From Bacilli bacterium (GTDB taxonomy: Bacteria; Bacillota_I; Bacilli_A; ML615J-28; CAG-698): 64,000 bases of DNA. The stretch spans positions 22,931-86,930 of the forward strand of contig JAFZWP010000022.1 of assembly GCA_017617065.1 (NCBI GenBank), in the 5' to 3' direction. Below the pieces are notes generated by a model. It did no database searches. It had not been told where the DNA came from and was given only the letters and a program-made list of their open reading frames with translations. Position numbers and translations under genes: made by a program. Below are positions 46,206 to 55,487 of this stretch, one piece after another; the stretch's first letter is position 1, and each line of letters begins with the position of its first letter.

Positions 46206-47222
46206 ATGAAAAAAGTATTATTAACATTGCTTTTATTCTTAACAGCCATCTTTATGATTGGGTGTAAAGAAAAGCCAAAAGATTTTCATACAAAAATTCA
46301 AAATAATTATTTAAGTGGTGATTATAAAAATGCCACTTTATATGCTGTTGGTGATTCAGAATTAAGTATCCCAAGTCCAATTACTTTATCTTGGAAAACT
46401 AAAGCCAGTAGTTACACTTTAGAAGTTAAAGAACTTGGAAAAGATAATGGTTTAACAATAGAAGTTGATTCTTCTTCAGCGGATGTTTATAACCTAAAAG
46501 CAAATACAACTTACGAATGGTTTGTAAATGGAGAAAAACAAGGTGAGTTTAAAACTGTTAGTGGTCTAAGAAATCTATATATTGATGGGCTAACTAATGT
46601 TAGAGATATTGGTGGATATAATGCTACAGGTGGCACCGTTAAACAAGGGTTATTAATTAGATCATCAAAACTAACAGATGATGATACAGGAGAAGTACTA
46701 ATTACTCCAAAAGGAATTGAGCAGTTAAAAATGCTTGGTATTAAAACAGAACTTGATTTAAGAGATACAAATCCTGATAGCGATGGTAACATCGAACAAG
46801 GTGGCATTACAGCGTCTTGCGTAGATGGAGTGAATTATATTTCATTTCCTATGCAATCAGGTGGTAACTACTTGCAATTAAATCGTAAAATATTACCAGC
46901 CTTATTTAAGATATTAGCAAATGAAAATAATTATCCAATTCTCTTCCACTGTTCAATTGGAACAGATAGAACTGGTGTTGTAGCATTCTTAGTAAATGCA
47001 ATACTAGGCGTTAGTGAAGAAGACTTATATCGCGATTATCTATTTTCTAATTTTGGTTATATTCACGGAATGCGTCATTCCAAAACAATTGATGATTATA
47101 TCAGTAAAGTAACTATGGAAGAAGGCAAATCATTAAGTGAGAATGTGGAAGCATATTTAATAAGCCTAGGTGTAGATGAGCAAGATATCATTAGTGTAAA
47201 AAACATAATGTTAGAAAAATAA
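46206..47222 (+). CDS. lipoprotein with FN3-like domain and tyrosine-phosphatase (Y_phosphatase3, CX5R) domain
   Basis: Lipobox IFMIGC, FN3-like ITLSWKT...NTTYEWFV, P-loop HCSIGTDRTG. Confidence 0.75.
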   Translation: MKKVLLTLLLFLTAIFMIGCKEKPKDFHTKIQNNYLSGDYKNATLYAVGDSELSIPSPITLSWKTKASSYTLEVKELGKDNGLTIEVDSSSADVYNLKANTTYEWFVNGEKQGEFKTVSGLRNLYIDGLTNVRDIGGYNATGGTVKQGLLIRSSKLTDDDTGEVLITPKGIEQLKMLGIKTELDLRDTNPDSDGNIEQGGITASCVDGVNYISFPMQSGGNYLQLNRKILPALFKILANENNYPILFHCSIGTDRTGVVAFLVNAILGVSEEDLYRDYLFSNFGYIHGMRHSKTIDDYISKVTMEEGKSLSENVEAYLISLGVDEQDIISVKNIMLEK

Positions 47223-47226
47223 AATG

Positions 47227-47258
47227 AAAAGAAGTAACTTAAAGTTACTTCTTTTTTC
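47227..47258. terminator. bidirectional terminator between convergent genes
   Basis: AAAAGAAGTAAC-TTAAA-GTTACTTCTTTT. Confidence 0.85.
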
Positions 47259-48128
47259 TTAACGATGAATAGCGTGGAAGCTAATACCAACTGAATCAGG
47301 TCCACAATGGCTACCTGCTGTTGGATTAACATCTACTACTACGATATTTAAATCTTCACCTAATTTTTCTTTTAATAATTTAATAATATCTTCTACAATC
47401 TTAGGTGCATCTGCATGCGCAACAATGATACGATGATTCTTAACATCTTCACCAAGTTCTACTACATAATTTACTAGTTTTGCTACAGCGTTCTTACGAC
47501 CTTTTTCTTTACCAATATTAGTCATTACACCATCAGAGCCCATATAAATAATTGGTTTAACGCCAAAGATATTACCCATGAATCCCGCAATACCACTTAC
47601 ACGGCCACTTCTTGCAAAGAACTTTAAATCATCCGCAAAGAAATAAATAGCGAATTTATCTACTTCTACTTCTGCCCATTTTTGAATTTCTTCAATAGAC
47701 TTACCAGCTTTATATAATTCACCAATTTCTAATACAATATTTAAACTACCAATTGTGATTCCTTTAGTATCAATTAAATAAACTTTACGATCTGGATATT
47801 TTTCTTTTAATTCATTTAAAGCTAAGTTAAGTGAATTAAATGTTCCACTCATTCTCTTAGAGAAGTGAACGTATAAAATGTCATCACCTTTAGCCAAGAA
47901 TGGTTCAAAGTATCTAACATATTCATCAGGGTTTAGAGCTGACGTTGTTGGAAGTGTACCATTTCTTAAGCTTTCATAAAATGGATGAGCTTCAAATTTA
48001 TCAAAATCAACATAAGGGTAAGTTGTTTTATCACCAATTGAATAAGGCATTGATATTAGATGATAATCAAATTCCTTCGCCATCTCAGGAGTGATATCAG
48101 TATCTGTGTCTGTAAATAAAATAAGCAT
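47259..48128 (-). CDS. DegV-family fatty-acid-binding protein
   Basis: 289 aa with TDTDTDI, PTTSA and SGRVSG patterns, typical of DegV. Confidence 0.85.
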   Translation of the reverse strand: MLILFTDTDTDITPEMAKEFDYHLISMPYSIGDKTTYPYVDFDKFEAHPFYESLRNGTLPTTSALNPDEYVRYFEPFLAKGDDILYVHFSKRMSGTFNSLNLALNELKEKYPDRKVYLIDTKGITIGSLNIVLEIGELYKAGKSIEEIQKWAEVEVDKFAIYFFADDLKFFARSGRVSGIAGFMGNIFGVKPIIYMGSDGVMTNIGKEKGRKNAVAKLVNYVVELGEDVKNHRIIVAHADAPKIVEDIIKLLKEKLGEDLNIVVVDVNPTAGSHCGPDSVGISFHAIHR

Positions 48129-48220
48129 AAATAACCTCCATTACTTTTATAAAATACTATTCAATTATATCATTAATTAAAAATTATTACCATTAACATT
48201 AATAATACTTTTGTCTATTA

Positions 48221-48247
48221 AAAGAAAAAGAGGCTAATAATAGCCCC
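48221..48247 (-). terminator. terminator after the ABC exporter pair
   Basis: Minus strand GGGGCTA-TTAT-TAGCCTC followed by TTTTTCTTTT. Confidence 0.6.
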
Positions 48248-48250
48248 TTT

Positions 48251-50050
48251 TTATTCTTCTTCGAATTGTAATCTATACAAATCGTAATATCTACCTTTGT
48301 TAGCAAGTAATTCTTGATGAGTACCTTGTTCTATTATTTCACCATTCTTAAATACATAAATGCAATGAGCATGTTGAATAGTTGATAGACGGTGAGCAAC
48401 AACAATTACTGTACCAAGTGTCATAATCTTCTTTAGTGAATCTTGAATTAACACTTCTGTTTCAGTATCGATGTTAGCTGTTGCCTCATCTAGAATCATT
48501 ACTTTAGGTTTATGAACAACAGTTCTCGCAAATGATATTAGTTGTCTTTGGCCAAGTGAGAAGTTATTACCTCTTTCTCTTACTTCTTCATTATAACCAT
48601 TAGGTAATTTATCGATAAACTTATTAGCATTTACAAATGTAGATGCTTCAATTATCTCATCGTGGCTGAATTTTTCATCATTCATCGAGATGTTAGATTC
48701 AATTGTACCACTAAACAAGAATACATCCTGTAACATTTGACCGATTTGACTACGCAAGCATTCTAATTTGATGTGTTTAATATCAACGCCATCAATTAAG
48801 ATTTGGCCTTTTTGAATATCATAATTACGTACAATTAAAGATAGAATGGTAGTCTTACCTGATCCTGTTGCCCCGACAAAGGCAATAGTCTCTTCTGGCA
48901 AAATATGGAATGATACACCCTTAAGTACCCAAGTACCTGGAATATAACTAAACCATACATCCTTAAATTCAATATCACCTTTAATCTCCATTTCGATAGC
49001 ATCAACTTCATCATCTACTACTAGTTTAGTTTCTAGGACTGTAAATACTTTTTCTGCTGCCGCAAACGCTGATTGAAGTTCATTATATTGATCTGCTAGG
49101 GCTTGAATAGGGCCAAAGAAATTCCAAATGTATTGGTAGAATGCATAAAGCAATCCGACTGTCATCGTTCCACCCACATAATCATTAAGTGGACCCATTA
49201 CTAGTCTTCCACCAAACCAGAATACTAGGACCATTGAAACAACATATAAAACATAAATACTTGGTCTAAAGATACCAAAGACAAATATTTCGTTGATTAA
49301 GCTCCTACGAAGTTTTCCATTGTTTGCTTTAAATTCATTATATTTCTTATTCTCCTCGTTAAATACTTGTGTAAGCTTAATCCCTGAAATGTTTTCACTT
49401 AAGAATGCATTCATATTAGAAACATTATCTCTAACTTTACGATGCGCTCTACGTGAGAAATATTGGAAAATAAATGCAAATAAAGCAATTACTGGAACAA
49501 TGGCTAGCATTATTAATGCCAGTCGCCAGTTAAGTACAAACATAGCAATAAATACACCAGCAATTGTACAGAAGTTTCTAAGTAAACTAATTAATACATT
49601 TGTATATAATTCATATAATGTAGTTACATCACTAGTAACTCTAGTCACTAGTTTACCAATTGGCACTTCATTAAACTGTGAATGAGAGAATTTTTGAATA
49701 TGAACTATTACTTCTTCTCTAATCTTATAAACTATTTTGTTGCCTACTTTACTTAGCATCATTGCTTCAAAATAATACATGAAGCCAAGTGATACTGTAG
49801 ATACAAAACCAACTGCTGCTAGAATTAATATTAGTCTAATTTCAATTGGATCAGTTGTAAGTAAATCGATTGTTAAACCTAGGATATAAGGAATCAATAG
49901 ATTTACACCAACTACGCCAATCATTAGAATAATAGCAATAATGTAACTAACAACATACTTACGCATATACTTAAATAACATTTTAAGTAAAACGCCAGAC
50001 TTCATTTGGCGGGTGAAATTAGCATCGTAATTATCGTTCACGCTTTTCAC
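48251..50050 (-). CDS. ABC exporter, fused TMD-NBD half transporter
   Basis: Six-TM N-domain, Walker A GATGSGKTT, signature FSLGQRQ, Walker B ILDEATA. Confidence 0.9.
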   Translation of the reverse strand: MKSVNDNYDANFTRQMKSGVLLKMLFKYMRKYVVSYIIAIILMIGVVGVNLLIPYILGLTIDLLTTDPIEIRLILILAAVGFVSTVSLGFMYYFEAMMLSKVGNKIVYKIREEVIVHIQKFSHSQFNEVPIGKLVTRVTSDVTTLYELYTNVLISLLRNFCTIAGVFIAMFVLNWRLALIMLAIVPVIALFAFIFQYFSRRAHRKVRDNVSNMNAFLSENISGIKLTQVFNEENKKYNEFKANNGKLRRSLINEIFVFGIFRPSIYVLYVVSMVLVFWFGGRLVMGPLNDYVGGTMTVGLLYAFYQYIWNFFGPIQALADQYNELQSAFAAAEKVFTVLETKLVVDDEVDAIEMEIKGDIEFKDVWFSYIPGTWVLKGVSFHILPEETIAFVGATGSGKTTILSLIVRNYDIQKGQILIDGVDIKHIKLECLRSQIGQMLQDVFLFSGTIESNISMNDEKFSHDEIIEASTFVNANKFIDKLPNGYNEEVRERGNNFSLGQRQLISFARTVVHKPKVMILDEATANIDTETEVLIQDSLKKIMTLGTVIVVAHRLSTIQHAHCIYVFKNGEIIEQGTHQELLANKGRYYDLYRLQFEEE

Positions 50051-51815
50051 CTACCTCTGCTTCTAGCTCTTGAAGTCTTGCTTCATTAGCATAGGCCTTG
50101 TTTGTCATTAATAATTCTTCATGAGTACCAATACCTGTTACACTTCCATCTTCCACAACCAGTATTTTATCTAAGTGTTGAAGAGTGGAAATACGATGGG
50201 CAATGATAATCGTGGTTTTACCTTTACGGTTCTCTCTTAAGTTATGAATGATTGCTTTTTCAGTTTCCGTATCTACAGCACTCAAAGAATCATCAAGGAT
50301 TAAGATATTTCCATTTTTATATAGTGCTCTAGCAATTGATATTCTTTGCTTTTGGCCACCAGATACAGTAACGCCTCTTTCACCCATAACGGTATTTAGT
50401 TTATCATTAAATGCTACTACATCTTTATAGACATCAGCTAGTTTTGCTGTTTGTTCTACTTTTTCGTTATCAATTTCTCCATTTTCCGAAAAGGCAATAT
50501 TATTTGCAACTGTATCACTGAATAAGAAATTATCTTGAGGAACATAAGCGATATTGCTTCTTACTGTAGCTAAAGGTAATTGCATAATGTCATGTCCATC
50601 AATAAATACTTTACCTTCATCAATGTTATATACTCTTAAGAGTAAATCTACGATGGTAGTCTTACCAGATCCTGTTGCACCAATGATACCAACGAATTCT
50701 CCAGGGTTAATACTAAATTTTACATTCTTTAAGCAAGGAGCTTCCACACCTGGATAATTGAATGTTAAATCTTTGAATTCAATTAAACCATGTAACTCTT
50801 TTATATCTTTAGTCTCATCATTTACTAAATTATCATTTACTTCTACTTCGTTTTCTAAAATCTTTGCAATTCTACCTAAACTTGCTTTACCTTTACCTCT
50901 TAATTGGAATAGTCTTCCAAAGGCATCGATTGGCCAAATTAAAGTATCAAAGTATGCCAAAAACTTTGTTAAATCACCGATTGTAAAAGCAATATCTTCA
51001 CCAAGCGAATGGCGATATATAAGAATAGCTGAGTAAACTATTGTTAAGATAAACAATGTATCGATAACTGCCATGATTACAGAATCAAATCTGGCTGATT
51101 CTTTTACCATTGATAAACATGTATCCACATTATCTTGATTATACTTTTGGAATCTTTTAACTTGTAGTTTTTCTTTTGTGAAGGCTTTAACTACACTAAT
51201 TCCTGATAAGTCTTCTTGAACGAAATCGCTTAATCTCTCGTATGCTTCAAAATTAGCATCGGTTGCTTTTGTAATTCTCTTTTCAAATATTTGGGCAAAT
51301 ACAATTGTAATAGTAATTGTTACTAATGAAATAATTGTTAACATCCAGTTTAGTTGGAACATTCTGATTAGGGTAAATACACCTAAACATAATGAATCAA
51401 CTAACATAATGGTTCCACCACCGAAGCAATGTCTAATTTGATTTAAGTCATTAGTATATAGTGCCATTAAAGCACCAGTCTTATTTTCCCCAAAGAATTT
51501 TTGCGATTGTCTTTCCATCGCATTAAATAAATCATTCCTTAGATCACATTCAATTTTTATACCATTACCAAATATACATAATCTCCATACAAATCTACCA
51601 GCAAACATAATGCCAGCAATTCCTAGAAGTTGAAGTATAAACCTTCTTAAATCATTAGTGGTAAGACTCTTTTGATCAAGTCCATCAATTATATTACCAA
51701 TTACATTTGGTATTTCTAATTGAAAATAGTCGACCACGACTAAAGCGGCTATTCCTAACAAGAAGAATAGCCCGTATCTTATATAGAATTTGTTAACATG
51801 TTTACCAAATAACAT
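50031..51815 (-). CDS. ABC exporter, fused TMD-NBD half transporter (partner)
   Basis: Walker A GATGSGKTT, VSGGQKQR, ILDDSLSAVD. It overlaps the partner gene by 20 nt. Confidence 0.9.
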   Translation of the reverse strand: MLFGKHVNKFYIRYGLFFLLGIAALVVVDYFQLEIPNVIGNIIDGLDQKSLTTNDLRRFILQLLGIAGIMFAGRFVWRLCIFGNGIKIECDLRNDLFNAMERQSQKFFGENKTGALMALYTNDLNQIRHCFGGGTIMLVDSLCLGVFTLIRMFQLNWMLTIISLVTITITIVFAQIFEKRITKATDANFEAYERLSDFVQEDLSGISVVKAFTKEKLQVKRFQKYNQDNVDTCLSMVKESARFDSVIMAVIDTLFILTIVYSAILIYRHSLGEDIAFTIGDLTKFLAYFDTLIWPIDAFGRLFQLRGKGKASLGRIAKILENEVEVNDNLVNDETKDIKELHGLIEFKDLTFNYPGVEAPCLKNVKFSINPGEFVGIIGATGSGKTTIVDLLLRVYNIDEGKVFIDGHDIMQLPLATVRSNIAYVPQDNFLFSDTVANNIAFSENGEIDNEKVEQTAKLADVYKDVVAFNDKLNTVMGERGVTVSGGQKQRISIARALYKNGNILILDDSLSAVDTETEKAIIHNLRENRKGKTTIIIAHRISTLQHLDKILVVEDGSVTGIGTHEELLMTNKAYANEARLQELEAEVGEKRER

Positions 51816-51881
51816 ATTTTCACCTCTATATACTTATACCATTATACTTGATTAAAATATTTAATTCAAGTTATCAACAAT

Positions 51882-51909
51882 ATAAAAACGTTAACATATG
51901 TTAACGTTT
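51882..51909 (-). terminator. terminator overlapping the GH31 stop codon
   Basis: Palindrome ACGTTAACATATGTTAACGT followed by TTTTTAT on the minus strand. Confidence 0.65.
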
Positions 51910-54059
51910 CTAGAATAAGAATCATGGATAACTATTTTATTAATATCCACTCCATTAATTTTAATCTCTGTTTTTGTACATGTTACACTAATTACTCTCT
52001 TTTTATCTTCTTCGTAATATGTATAACAATACTTTCCATCATCTAATGGATAAATATGAAATACTATTTCATCTTCTTCTGCTGGTATTACAGATCCTGC
52101 TTTAATAAAGTATACAGGCATTCCTTCAAGTGGAGCCTTCATTACTACTTTACCGCTATAAATTTGATCTTGATAATACCATTTATCTTCTTTTGGTAAA
52201 TCTACTTCAATTTCTTCTTTTCCTTTATCAAATACTGGACAGGATAAAATGCAGTCTCCATACATAAATGAATCTGATTCAATATCCATATCCTTATATT
52301 TTAAGAATAACGGATAAATTAATGGTTTGTACTCATTTATTGATTTAATAGCTTCGCTATATAAATATGGTACTAATCTTTTTCTTAAATCAAATAACTT
52401 TTGTACAAGTGGAATCTTTTCTTCATATAGCCATGGCATTGTAACAGATCCATCACTTTTCCAAGAATGAAGAGTAAATCTAGGGGTAAAGATACCATAT
52501 TGAATCCATCTAATGAATAATTCTTCATCAGGCTTTGGGCCACTAAATCCACCAATATCTTGACCAAATAGATGATATCCTGATAGTGCTAAAGTCATTG
52601 CCATTTTATGATTAGCTCTAAAATCAGCAAATGAAGTTTTATTATCACCTGTCCATGTTTGACAAATCCTCTCAGATCCAGCAATTCCACTTCTACTTAC
52701 ATTCATTATATAGTTTCCGTCTTGTGCTGCACGTGATGCTCTAGCCATTAAGAATGAGAATAGTGGCCTAATTAGTTTTGCTTTAATTTCATGACCAAAG
52801 CCATTTGCATAAACTTCATCATCATGAATATCGTATTCATTATTATCATTCCAAATGGCTTCATAACCTAGGTCAACCAAGTTCTTCTTTACACATTCAG
52901 TCCAAAAAGCTGCTGCATCTTTGTTTGTGAAATCAAAATATGAAGCATATCCTCCCCAAAACGGGAATACTGCTGGTGTGCCATCTTTATAATGAAGGAA
53001 CCATCCTTTTTTAGCAATTTCTTCATATAAAGGATGATCAGTTAAGAATGCTGGCTTTACATTTGGTAAAAAATGAATGCCTGCTTCTCTAAATTCATCA
53101 GCTAGTTTTTTAGGATTAGGTATTTTATCTTTATTCCAATTGAACACATACCTTTTATCACCAATTTGTGTATAGCCGCTTGATAAGTAAAATCCTCCGC
53201 AATCAATATTATATTTTTTAATCAACTCTAAAAAATCATGTAATCTCTTGTCGGTATCAATTGCATCTGTATAAGTCATTGTGGATGCACAATATTTAAA
53301 TGACCATTTAGGGGGCATACTTGGTTTACCAATTAAATATGAGAATCTACTTAAAATTTCTGCTGGATTACCAAATAAAACATAATATACAAGGACATCT
53401 TCTTCAAAATAAGCATATTTATATGGCGGATAATAATTGTTAATCTCTTCCCCAAAGTTCATTTCACCATTTGAATAAGTGTCGTAGAACAATCCATAGC
53501 TTCCAACACTATTAATACAAATGTAAAATGGTACTTGTTTATATAAAGGATCACTACTATTAGCATCAAAGCCCATTGAATCAAATGTTTCCATTTTATA
53601 GCATCTACCAGCTTTATTGATATTACCTGTTTTATCACCTAAACCTAGAATTATTTCGTTTTCTTCCCTAGTTAGATAGTGATAACTTCCTTTTCCTAGT
53701 TCCCCTTCGAAATTATATGCAAGGATATCACGGTCAGCGAATAATAATTTATCATCTTTATAATAACTTATCTTTAGATTATTTAAATCTACATTAACTT
53801 TTATATCATCAATTATAATTTCATCTTTTTGACTGATTAAATCTAGACCATCTACATCTAAGCGGCTTCTTCCATCATATGGTAAGCTGCTTTCTCCAGG
53901 GCAAATCGAAAATGTAGGGAAAAGGTATGAATCTTTTTTATAAATAGCAACTCTTAAGCCATGACTAAAAAAGTCAAGTCTTACTTCGTTATCTTCACTA
54001 TTATAGATTCTATAAGTATCAGCCTTTTTGGTTAATGTGAATCTATGATTCCATTTCAT
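51891..54059 (-). CDS. GH31 family glycosidase (alpha-glucosidase/alpha-xylosidase-like)
   Basis: 722 aa with a nucleophile-region motif AIWNDNNEY and a GQDIGGF acid/base region. Confidence 0.8.
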   Translation of the reverse strand: MKWNHRFTLTKKADTYRIYNSEDNEVRLDFFSHGLRVAIYKKDSYLFPTFSICPGESSLPYDGRSRLDVDGLDLISQKDEIIIDDIKVNVDLNNLKISYYKDDKLLFADRDILAYNFEGELGKGSYHYLTREENEIILGLGDKTGNINKAGRCYKMETFDSMGFDANSSDPLYKQVPFYICINSVGSYGLFYDTYSNGEMNFGEEINNYYPPYKYAYFEEDVLVYYVLFGNPAEILSRFSYLIGKPSMPPKWSFKYCASTMTYTDAIDTDKRLHDFLELIKKYNIDCGGFYLSSGYTQIGDKRYVFNWNKDKIPNPKKLADEFREAGIHFLPNVKPAFLTDHPLYEEIAKKGWFLHYKDGTPAVFPFWGGYASYFDFTNKDAAAFWTECVKKNLVDLGYEAIWNDNNEYDIHDDEVYANGFGHEIKAKLIRPLFSFLMARASRAAQDGNYIMNVSRSGIAGSERICQTWTGDNKTSFADFRANHKMAMTLALSGYHLFGQDIGGFSGPKPDEELFIRWIQYGIFTPRFTLHSWKSDGSVTMPWLYEEKIPLVQKLFDLRKRLVPYLYSEAIKSINEYKPLIYPLFLKYKDMDIESDSFMYGDCILSCPVFDKGKEEIEVDLPKEDKWYYQDQIYSGKVVMKAPLEGMPVYFIKAGSVIPAEEDEIVFHIYPLDDGKYCYTYYEEDKKRVISVTCTKTEIKINGVDINKIVIHDSYSRNVNIC

Positions 54060-55387
54060 TTAGGGTCTCCTTTAAATGTATTCTTAAATAACTTAAATCC
54101 TTTAATCTTATCCATCTTGACTTCATCACTAGTAAAATGCATAGCTTTGCCTGCGTATTGTTCCCAAACTGGGGCACCTGTGTGGTTTGGATCTGAAGTT
54201 TTTGCAAAACTGGTGATGTAATCCATCATTAGATTTGATACTTTATAATCGCTAGATGCATAAGGACGCCAAGAAGTTCCAAGTGTCCCAAAAACATATC
54301 TTAAATCTGCGGAATGAAACGCTTGGTTTTTATCTCCTTTTGCATCGATATCAAAATAATACAAATATGCTTGATGAGCCTTAGCATATTTTTTAGAGAT
54401 ATTAGCTAAGATCATTGTAAACATATCATTATTAGTAAAGCCTATTATTAATGGCATTTGCAATGGATTCTTGATTAAGACATCAATTGAATCAGTTAAG
54501 ATATAATCATCAATTACTGGCATTGTATTATATGTATTATCTTTTCTTAAAGCTTTTTGCTTTTCCACTGCGGCTAAAACATCATATGCAGACATGTTTT
54601 TAAAATCTTCAAAGCCTAATGCACCAGCGAGTTTCATAACTTCAAGCCAGTATTCTCTAGTGTCAGCACTTTTTCTTGGTAAAGAAAACTTAGGGAATAA
54701 GCCAGCCCCAGACATCATTATTGCTTTATGAAATAAGCCAGTTGCCATCTTGCTACATAACAAATATTGAATCGACATAGCACCAGCTGATTGACCCATT
54801 AAAGTAACATTAGCTGAATCTCCTCTAAATAAACTAATATTCTTATTAACCCACATTAATCCTTTAAGCATATCATCTAGGCCAAAGTTTCCATCACGAC
54901 CATATTCCTTTTGTATTTCTTCGTGCGTAAAATATCCGAATACACCAACACGATATTGAATAAATACCACAACATTACCTCTTCTTGCTAATTGCTCACC
55001 GTCAAATGGTGATTCATTGATACAACCACTATCAAATCCACCACCATGGAAGAATACAATTACAGGATATATGCCTTCATTTTTTGGCATAAAGATATTT
55101 AAATTTAGACCTTCAGCTTCGCTATATTTAAAATTAATACCTTCACGATATTCTTTATGGTAAAATGCGCGTTCAGGGATTTCTAAATGTTCAAATTCTG
55201 GCCATGCCCTCTTCTGCATGCAAGCTGGTCCTGGTTTAAAAACATTGATTGTGCCATAATCATCAATTAGACTAGCATATTCAAACCTGCCTGCCTTGGC
55301 ATAAGGTATACCTAAAAAGGCATAACAAAACTGTTTTTCAAGTCCGTGAAAAATACCATTACTTGTTTTATGAAAATATGTATCCAT
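54056..55387 (-). CDS. type-B carboxylesterase (para-nitrobenzyl esterase-like)
   Basis: FLGIPYA, HGGGF oxyanion motif, nucleophile elbow GQSAGA. It overlaps the GH31 gene by 4 nt. Confidence 0.85.
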   Translation of the reverse strand: MDTYFHKTSNGIFHGLEKQFCYAFLGIPYAKAGRFEYASLIDDYGTINVFKPGPACMQKRAWPEFEHLEIPERAFYHKEYREGINFKYSEAEGLNLNIFMPKNEGIYPVIVFFHGGGFDSGCINESPFDGEQLARRGNVVVFIQYRVGVFGYFTHEEIQKEYGRDGNFGLDDMLKGLMWVNKNISLFRGDSANVTLMGQSAGAMSIQYLLCSKMATGLFHKAIMMSGAGLFPKFSLPRKSADTREYWLEVMKLAGALGFEDFKNMSAYDVLAAVEKQKALRKDNTYNTMPVIDDYILTDSIDVLIKNPLQMPLIIGFTNNDMFTMILANISKKYAKAHQAYLYYFDIDAKGDKNQAFHSADLRYVFGTLGTSWRPYASSDYKVSNLMMDYITSFAKTSDPNHTGAPVWEQYAGKAMHFTSDEVKMDKIKGFKLFKNTFKGDPK

Positions 55388-55451
55388 ACAATATCTCCTT
55401 TGTTTACTAATTCAATTATATCATTAAAATGTTAATTCTTTTAGCATAATT

Positions 55452-55482
55452 ATAAAAAGTCCAACTCACTTGAGTTGGACTT
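55452..55482 (-). terminator. terminator after the GPH symporter gene (partial, within operon region)
   Basis: Stem AAGTCCAACTCA / TGAGTTGGACTT followed by TTTAT. Confidence 0.75.
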
Positions 55483-55487
55483 ATAAA

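Noticed and set aside
49293-51036. Plus-strand ORFs within the ABC exporter genes (49293-49685, 50248-50430, 50554-50757, 50758-51036).
   Set aside because: They are antisense to genes with clear Walker and signature motifs and have no independent support.
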